A stretch of DNA of 64,000 nucleotides from an uncultured Acidobacteriota bacterium (GTDB lineage Bacteria; Acidobacteriota; Vicinamibacteria; Vicinamibacterales; Fen-181), in NCBI GenBank assembly GCA_963727765.1, contig CAVSGZ010000010.1, positions 64,346 through 128,345 on the forward strand. The letters run 5' to 3'. Under the pieces are notes generated by a model. It did not search any database, was not told where the DNA came from, and saw nothing but the letters and a program-made list of their open reading frames with translations. Position numbers and translations under genes: made by a program. Positions 56,559 through 64,000 of the stretch are shown here, one piece after another (position 1 is the stretch's first letter; every line of letters begins with the position of its first letter).

Positions 56559-57495
56559 ATTGCCCATCTGCGAGAGCGCCTGTATCAGCCTGAGCACCGC
56601 GGGCCCGAGGACGACGATGAAGAAGGCGGGGAAAGAGGCACAGCACGAGCGGGAAGACGAGCTTGACGCCCACCTTCGCCGCGGCCTCTTCCGCCATCTG
56701 CCGGCGCCTGGTCCGCATGCTATGGGACAGCGCCCGCAGCGCCTGGCTGACGCTTGTGCCGAACCGGTCGGTCTGGACCAGCATCGCCACCAGCGCGCGA
56801 ACGTCATCCACCTTCGTCCGCTGCGCCAGGTTGCGGAACGCTTCCATCCTGGGCTTCCCGGCACGCGTCTCGGTGATCAGCACGCGGAGTTCCTCCGCCA
56901 GGACCGGGTAGGCAAGCGCCAGCTCGTCACTCGCCTTCACCACCGCCTGGTCGAGGCTGCTCCCGGCCTCGAGGCACACAATCAGCAGGTCGAGGACATC
57001 CGGCAAGCCGTGGCGGATCTGCAGGCGCCGTTTCGCCACCTGGCGATCCAGGAACAGGCCAGGCAACAGGTATCCGACCACCCCGCCGAATGCGGCGGCG
57101 ATCCAGCCGTTCCGCGTGGACCAGCCGAACACGAAAAGCGCGAGCCCGCCGAGCACGACCGGCAGGACGAACAGTCGCGACGAAGAACCACGCGGGCGGC
57201 CAGTCGGCGTCCGGTAGCCCGCGTTCGCAAGCCGCCGCTCGAACCCCGACATGTCGCGCGCCGACTTGGGAAGCCAGCCCGCCTCGCTCGGCTCGCCACG
57301 TTCGGCGCGCGATGGCGTCGCTTTTGTGAGCGTCCCGCCGCGGGCCGGACGGGCCGGCTGCAGAATGTCCTGCAGGCGCCGGCGCTCTGGCGCCTGCGAC
57401 GAGAGCACTCGCGACGGCGGCGAGCCCCACCAGCAGGGCCACCGACACGAAGACCGCCGCGACCGCGACGATGAGTTCGACAGGGAATCCTGCAT
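56556..57495 (-). pseudogene. tadC: Tad pilus inner-membrane platform protein TadC (GspF-like), at least 3 frame breaks
   Basis: Conserved core LPDVLDLLIVCLEAGSSLDQA...TDRFGTS. The N-terminal TM helix (FPVELIVAVAAVFVSVALLVGLAAV) and the C-terminal TM helix (AFFIVVLGPAVLRLIQALSQMGN) lie in other frames. Confidence 0.65.
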
Positions 57496-57514
57496 GAGCG
57501 GTTGCCCCGCGCCC

Positions 57515-58480
57515 TCAGTAGTCGATCCTGACGAGACGCCGGATGACCAGCATCCCGATAATCTGCAAGCCCAATTCCGATGACGAGCATCCGGATCCCA
57601 GGCAGAGTCCTCGACCAGCGTGCGCAGGTAGTCCGGGCTGGTGACCATGAAGATGGCGGCCAGCGCCGGCGGCATCCCCGCGAGGATGAAGCCGGTAGTC
57701 CTGCCGTGGGCGCTCTTCACCTTCACCTCGCGCTTCAGCGTGAACCGGTCGCGGATGACCGACGCCAGGTTGTCGAGGACCTCCGACAGGTTTCCGCCCG
57801 ACTCGCGCTGCGTCAGCACGGCGGTGACGAAGAAGCGCGCGTCGAGCAGGGGCACGCGCTCTGCGAAATCGCGCAGCGCCTCGTCGAGCGGCAGGCCGTA
57901 GTTCTGGCGGTCGTACAGCAGTCGGAATTCGCCGGCGATCGGCTGGGGCAGTTCCTCGGCCACCATGCCGAGCGCCGTCGTGAAGGCGTGGCCAGCCCTG
58001 AGGGCCCGGCTCAGGAGATCGATGGCCTCGGGGAACAGCTCCTCGAACCTGGCGATCCGCCGGTCGCGCATCCAGACGAGCACACCCGCCGGGATGCAAC
58101 ACGGCGATGCCCCCGAGGATCAGACCGACCCAGGCGAAACGAAAGAACGACTGGCCGGCCAGGAACCCGATCGCCGCGAGCAGGGCCGACGAGAGCACGA
58201 CGACGCCGACGGTTGTCCTGACCCCCGCCTGCTGGATGAGCTTCCGCAGGGGCTTGATGAGATCCTGCCTGTGCGCCAGGAGATTTTGAATGGCCGGGAT
58301 GCTGCTCAGCCGCTCGGCCTCCTTGACCAGCGCCACGCGGGCGGCCTTGGCCGGCTTCGGCCGCGCGAGGCGCTGTCTGAACGCGGCGTTCTTCGCCCGC
58401 TCGGGGCGGAGGACGAGCGCCCAGTAGGCGCCAAAGACGATAACGAGGACGAATGCGAAGACGAGGAATGGCAGCAGCAC
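57515..58480 (-). pseudogene. tadB: Tad pilus inner-membrane platform protein TadB (GspF-like), at least 3 frame breaks
   Basis: N-terminal TM plus the core RFEELFPEAIDLLSRALRAGHAF...ESGGNLSEVLD (in the frame of ORF 56503..58083). The C-terminus LQIIGMLVIRRLVRIDY is back in the first frame. Confidence 0.7.
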
Positions 58481-58499
58481 CGACTATGTCTCCCGTCGT

Positions 58500-59823
58500 C
58501 TACCCGATGACTTTCACGTGCTCGAACATGTCCATCGGCAGCCGGTGGCCGGCCGTCGCGAGCCGCTCGCTGCACCGGGGGCGGATCCCACTGGCCCTGA
58601 AGCGCCCGCACACGCGGCCCTCCGCGCTGATGCCCGTCCGGTCGAACACGAAGATGTCCTGCATCGAGATCATGTCGCCTTCCATCCCGGTGATCTCGGT
58701 GATGGAGGTGACCTTCCTGGTCCCGTCCGCCATGCGGCTCACGTGCACGACAATCTGGACGGCCGAGGCGATCTGCTGGCGGACCGCCCGCTCGGGGATG
58801 TTCAGGTTGGCCATCGCCACCATCGTGTCGAGGCGGTGCAGCGCGTCGCGCGCGCTGTTGGCGTGAACGGTGGTGAGGCTGCCGTCGTGGCCGGTGTTCA
58901 TCGCCTGCAGCATGTCGAGCGCCTCGTCGCCGCGCACCTCGCCGACGATGATGCGGTCGGGCCTCATGCGGAGCGCGTTGATGACCAGTTGGCGCTGGCG
59001 CACCGCCCCCTTGCCCTCGATGTTCGCGGCGCGCGTCTCGAGGCGCACGACGTGGCGCTGGCGCATCGTCAACTCGGCCGCGTCCTCGATCGTGACGACC
59101 CGCTCCTTGTCGGAGATGAAGCCGGAGAGCATGTTCAGCAGCGTCGTCTTGCCCGCGCCCGTGCCGCCCGAGACGATGACGTTCAGCCGGGCGGCGACGG
59201 CCGCGTGGATGAAATCGAGCATCGGCTGCGTCAGCGAGTCGCGTTCGACGAAATCGGCCGGCCCCAGCTTGTCGGTCCGGAATCGCCGAATCGACAGCAC
59301 CGGGCCGTCGAGAGCGAGGGGCGGGATGATCGCGTTCACGCGCGAGCCGTCGGCCAGGCGGGCATCCACCATCGGACTCGACTCGTCGATCCGGCGGCCC
59401 ACCGAGCTGACGATCCGCTCGATGATCCGCATCAGGTGGGCGTCGTCCTTGAACACGATGTCCACCGGCTCGAGGAGGCCGTGCCGCTCCACGTAGACCT
59501 GGTCGAACCTGTTGACGAGGATGTCGGAGATCGCCGGGTCGGCCAGCAGCGATTCCAGCGGGCCGAGGCCGAACAACTCGTTGAGGACGTCCTCGCCCAG
59601 CGTCTGCCGCTCGAAGAGGCTGAGCGGCGTCTGGTCGCTCTCGGCCTCGAGCATGTCGGCCACCAGGCCGCGGATCTCGGGCTCGGCTTCCTCGCGCCGC
59701 GTGCGCGTCAGGCGCTCGAGGTTCAGCCGGTTCAGGAGTCCCTGGTGGACGCGGGACTTGATCTCCTGGTACTGCGGGTGCCTGGCATCGACCGCCGGTG
59801 GCGTGGTGCGTCGTCATCACCAT
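58500..59823 (-). pseudogene. cpaF: Tad pilus ATPase CpaF/TadA; the N-terminal start region is out of frame
   Basis: Walker [11 protein letters not shown], Asp/His boxes, and the conserved [21 protein letters not shown] upstream of the ORF-track start. There is no in-frame start codon unless the frame shifts near 59770-59815. Confidence 0.85.
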
Positions 59824-59854
59824 GTCCGTGTGGCCCTTCAGTTGCGACGTCCTG

Positions 59855-60961
59855 TCAGGAGGCCGAGGAAGCCGCCCGACGTCCTGGGCCGTCGTCGGAC
59901 GCCGGCAGGCCCGCCAGGTCGCGCGCGATCTGGCGGAACGAGCCGGCCAGCGCGCAGTGGTTGCCCAGGCTCACCGGCTGGCCGCTGTTCAGCGCCTCGA
60001 CAGCGCGCCGGTAGTCGGACGGCAGCACGTACTTCACCTTGACGCCGATGGCGCGCTCGATGTCGGCGCGGCCGATGCCGGCCGACCCGTCGTGGCGGGC
60101 GACGGCCACCACCACGCGCTCCTTCCCGTAGCGCAGCCGCAGGCTGGCGGCCATCCGGCCGGCGTTCTTGACCGTGGCCAACTCCTGGTTGGCGACGATC
60201 ACGATCCAGGTGGTCGGACTCCAGCGCCTCGAGGGCTGCCGGCTCCGAGCGCGGGACGTCGAGCACCGTATAGCTGTAGTGCCGCTTGGCGAACTCGACG
60301 AGCGACCGGATCCGTCCGCTCTCGACCGGCCCCTGGAGGGCGAGTCGGCCGACGCCAGCAGGTCGAGGTGCAGCTTGCTCCTGACCACCAGGCTCCGGAG
60401 GAACCCTTCGTCGAGCCGGTGCACGTTCTCGATCGCGTCGGCCACCGAGAAGCGCGGCTCCTCGCCGAGAAAGAGGCCCGCGTCGCCGGTGGACATGTGC
60501 AGGTCCATCAGCAGCGTCCGCCGGGGGCCGCCCGGCTCAACTCGATGGCCACGTTCACCGCCGTCGTCGTCGTCCCCACGCCCCCCTTGGCGCCGATGAA
60601 CGCGAAGACCTGGCCATCGGTCGCGCCCTGCGGCCACCCTGGACACGGCCGCCTCGAGCTCCACCGGGTCGAGCGGCTCGGGCACGCATTCGCGGATGCC
60701 CGCGCGCATCCCCTCCAGCATCAGCGTGGGGGCGAGCGTGGAGCAGACGAGGATGAAGCCGCAGCCGGAGGCCTCCCGCGTCATCGAGGCCACGAACGGC
60801 GGCAGATGCTCGAGCGTCCTGGCGTCGAGGACGAACACGTCGCCGCTCGCCGGCTTACGCTGGGCGGCAGCCGGCTCGTCCAGCGACAGCACTGTCCGGC
60901 CCGGCTGCTTCAGCAGAGAGGCGATCTTGTTGTCCGCGCTGCCGACGACGATCACCTGCAC
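59855..60961 (-). pseudogene. cpaE: CpaE/TadZ-like ParA/MinD-family pilus assembly ATPase with N-terminal REC-like domain, 4 frame breaks
   Basis: The deviant Walker A FIGAKGGVGTTTTAVN and the segment PVESGRIRSLVEFAKRHYSYTVLDVPRSEPAALEALES lie in alternative frames to the rest of ORF 59855..60961. Confidence 0.7.
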
Positions 60962-60995
60962 CAGTCCTCCAGGAACCAGGCAACCTAGAGTCGTC

Positions 60996-62429
60996 CTACT
61001 GCTTCTTCACCGGCGGAGCCGGTTTCTCGTCCTTCTTCACGGGCGGCGCGTCAACCAGGCCTCCGCCTCCCTTGAGCTCGGAGCCGATGCCATTGCCGGG
61101 AAGGAACCGCTTCGAGTTCGTGGGCAACGGCGGCACCTCGTCGGGCTCGAGCGGCTGCACGAGATGCGGCGTGATGAGCACCATCAGCTCGGTCTGCTGC
61201 TTCTGGTCGGACTTGCTCTTGAACAGGTTGCCGATGATCGGGAGGCTCGAGAGCAACGGGATCGCCGACCCGTTTTCCTGTGTGACGTTCTGGAGCAGGC
61301 CCGCGATGGCGAACGACTGCCCGTCGCGAAGCTCCACGTCGGTCTGCGCCCGTCTCATGATCAGCGCGGGAATCCTGTAGCCCTGCAGCGTGATGCCGTT
61401 GTTGAAGTCGAGGCTGCTGACCTCCGGCTCCACCTTCAGGCGGATCAGGTCGCCCGCGATTGTCGGCGTGAACTTCAGGCGCACGCCGAACTCCTTCCAC
61501 TCAATCGTGATGGCGTTGGTCAAGCCCTGGACGACCGGGACGGGGAACTGGCCCCCGGCCAGAAAGCTGGCTTCCTGCCCGTTGTAGCGCGATCAGATTC
61601 GGTTCGGCGAGGCTCTGGAAGTACCCCTTGGTCTGGAGCGCCTGGATGACGGCGCCCACGTTGTGTTTCGTGTTGAAAATAAAGAGGTTCAGGAAGTCGC
61701 TGAACGTCAACGACGGCGGGGTGGCCGAAGTGTCGAAGCTCGGTGCCGCAAACTGCTGCGTGGTGGTCCGGCAAGGAAGTTCTGTAGCCGTTGGCGCCGG
61801 TGAAAAACGACACGCCCAGCTCCTGCAGGGCATTGCGGTTCACCTCGGCGAAGCGAACCTGCAGCATCACCTGCTGGCTCCCGTTGGCGCCAGGGAGCTG
61901 GAGCAAATTCAGCACCTTCGCCTTCGAGGCGCTGGCCTTGGCGATCTCGCCCGCTTTCAGCATGACGGCCGTGCTCGAGACCCGGCCGGACAGGATGACG
62001 GCGTCCTCGTTCGAGTCAACCTTGATGTCCTCGCCGGGGAAGAGCGCCTGGAGCTGCTGCTGGAGCGCGCTGACGCCCGCTTCGACCACGATGTCGTACT
62101 GCCTCCGCGTGCCGGCGCCCCAGACGATCAGGCTGACCGTCCCGGCGCTCTTGCCGTCGAGGAGGATCTGGCGTGGCTCGACCGCCGTGGCATCGGCGAT
62201 CGCCGGGTTGGTGACGGCGAGCCGCGTGATGTCGAAGTCGGTCGTCATCACGCTCGACCGGCCGGCGGTGAGCAGGATGCGATCGACGCGCGGCGGCACG
62301 TCGGAAGCGACGGGTGCCGACGCCTGGACGGCCGGGGGCGCGGCCGGGGGCTGCTGCGGACGGCGCCTGCGCCGCGAGCAGCGCCGGAACGGCAAGCACC
62401 ATCATGAGGCTGGACAGATGGCGGGTCAC
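60996..62429 (-). pseudogene. cpaC: Tad pilus secretin CpaC/RcpA, at least 3 frame breaks
   Basis: Signal peptide (MTRHLSSLMMVLAVPALLAAQA), BON/N-domains, and the secretin C-domain (EASFLAGGQFPVPV...IPLLSSLPIIGNLF). These are spread over ORFs 62016..62429, 61520..62395, 61501..61833 and 60996..61523. Confidence 0.75.
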
Positions 62430-63266
62430 TTGATGATCTCCTGGGCGCGCTTGGCGGCCCTGATGGTTTCAACCGTGTAGGCTGGGGCGGCGGAGGCGGA
62501 GGGCGCCTTCACGATCCTCCGGCTCTCGGACGCCCTCGCGACGGTTGGCGGCGGCGCGGGCGGCCCGGTCAGGCCGGCCAGGCTCGCCGCCCAGCGTGAC
62601 GGTCGGGGCGCTGTCGAGGGGTTCCGCAGCACGAGGATGAGCCGGCCGGCCGTGGCGGCGAGGGCAATCTTCTCGGCATCCGCGGGCAACGCCAGCAGCG
62701 TGACGACCGTGCTCGGGATCGGCTTGCCGTCCTTGGCCTCCTGCTGGTCGTAGCGCGTGCCCGCCGTGAGGACCTCCAGGTTGCTGACGATGGTCCGGTC
62801 CTCGTGTCCTGCTGGTCGGGGACGGTCCCAGCACGTCTACGCGCGTGCCGGGCACGGTGAAGCCGGCCACCGCCACGACTTCGTCCACCTTCACCGAGAT
62901 GGCGCGCATGCCGGTGGGAATGGTCGGCGGAAGGCCGGCGCCCGCCCCACGCGGCGCGAGCTTGCTCTCGGTCAGCGGCTCGTTTTCAACCACGGGGTTC
63001 AGGAGGCCGCGCCCAACGACGTCCTCGATCTTTACCAATGCGCCCGCCACCGGGCTCTTGATCGGCCACGCGATCAGGCGGACGTCGCCGGGGCCGATCA
63101 GCGAGCCGACCGGCAGGGCCTTGGCGGCCACGACGACCTGCTGGGTGGCGATTTCGACCTCTTTTACCGGCATGCGCTGGACCGCGCGGTGCACGGCGAA
63201 GCTGGCCAGGCCGGCCGCGGCCAGGGCCACCACCAGGACGATGAGTGTCCGAACTTCCCGGTTCAT
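62426..63266 (-). pseudogene. cpaB: Flp pilus assembly protein CpaB/RcpC, at least 2 frame breaks
   Basis: MNREVRTLIVLVVALAAAGLA anchor, a SAF-like region, and then TIVSNLEVLTAG...VVTLLALPADAEKIALAATAGRLILVLRNP in other frames. ATG 63266 is preceded by GAGG. Confidence 0.7.
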
Positions 63267-63310
63267 GCTCAACCTCAACGCGGCGCGCCAGCGGCCCCCA
63301 AGCGGTAAAA

Positions 63311-63830
63311 CTAGAGCGCCGCGAACAGACCCGCGGTAATCGGCAGCGCGTAGGGCAGCCTGGGGCTCGTGCTCGTCTGGAGCGTGATGCCATCGAGCGG
63401 CCGGAGCCCAGCGACTCGCCAGAAGCCAAGGAGCGTCCAGATGTTGGCGAACGCCGTGCGCAGGAGACCCCCGAGCCACAGCGACGACAACGGCCATGAC
63501 GCCGCCAGCGAGGGCGGCGTAGAGCGCCGTCCACGCCACGCCCGCCGGGCCGAGCCACGCGCCGAGCGCGGCCATCAGTTTCACGCCACCAGCTCCATGC
63601 CGCCCAGAGCGAAGAGCGGGAAGAACAGCCCGAACCCCACGGTGGCACCGGCAATCCCGGCGCCTGCTCCAGCCAGGCCAAGCCGCTCGATCCTATGTGA
63701 TACAACACACCGGCGATGCCCACCGGAACTGTCAGCAGATTCGGGATCCGGCGCGCTCGTTTATCGAAAAAACAGGCCACAAGTGCGAGCGCGACGGCGG
63801 ATAGAGACCAAGGTATCGGGGACTTCTCGA
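63311..63830 (-). pseudogene. cpaA: A24-family prepilin peptidase CpaA/TadV, at least 3 frame breaks, 5' limit uncertain
   Basis: First Asp motif FFDKRARRIPN, then GFGLFFPLFALGGM, VKLMAALGAWLG and the C-terminus LLRTAFANIW...ITAGLFAAL in three different frames. Confidence 0.65.
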
Positions 63831-63883
63831 GGCCGCTGGAGCGGGGGTCAGCCGACTGCCGCCCCCCCAGCGCCTGCCCTGGA

Positions 63884-64000
63884 TTACGAACCCAGGACAG
63901 TTACGGCGTTGCCGAAAAGGTTGTTAATCGCGGTGGCGGTGTTCGCCATTGCAACGATGCACGCGATGGCAAGGAGGCGCCGCCAACAGCGCGTATTCGA
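63884..64000 (-). pseudogene. flp: Flp/Fap pilin, C-terminal part (5' end outside window), one frame break
   Basis: The reverse strand reads (I)EYALLAA and then, after skipping one base near 63977-63983, LLAIACIVAMANTATAINNLFGNAVTVLGS*, which is the Flp motif. Confidence 0.6.

Overview
Very GC-rich bacterial chromosomal segment. Gene content suggests an Acidobacteriota-like organism, but that is inference only and composition was not computed. I recognised no rRNA, tRNA, CRISPR array, transposase or phage genes. (1) 1-19.8 kb is a hydrogen-metabolism island. hydF and hydE lie on the plus strand. On the minus strand are hydG, rex, hydC-hydB-hydA (a HydABC-type, NuoE/NuoF-linked [FeFe] hydrogenase), a sensory [FeFe]-hydrogenase domain fused to a histidine kinase, a stand-alone receiver and a REC-histidine kinase. 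These are followed by a Pat-like acyl-CoA synthetase/GNAT fusion and the [NiFe] maturation genes hypF-hypC-hypD-hypE. (2) 20-51 kb holds ordinary housekeeping and nutrient-scavenging genes: LemA/TPM, CofD/YvcK-like, carboxyltransferase, 5-oxoprolinase pxpABC, S15/M28/M24 peptidases, POT/SSS/MFS transporters, a molybdopterin oxidoreductase, a non-Pyl MttB-family methyltransferase with its corrinoid protein, nadE and two YbaK-type editing proteins. (3) 51.6-55.3 kb holds a double-VWA protein and an AAA+ ATPase. (4) 55.3-64 kb is a Tad/Flp pilus locus (tadD, tadC, tadB, cpaF, cpaE, cpaC, cpaB, cpaA, flp) that can only be translated with more than 20 frame corrections. Five further single-base frame breaks (hydE, hypD, mttB-like, POT transporter, VWA protein) all sit at a TAC/GTAC, and two of them share an identical 9-mer. 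Intergenic spacers carry tandem 7-nt repeat arrays, several of which place a stop triplet in all three frames, plus REP-like GC hairpins. The most interesting candidate system is the Rex-controlled hydCBA operon, which is translationally coupled to an H-cluster-domain histidine kinase and an output-less phosphorelay, with an unusual TSCSP active-site motif in HydA.
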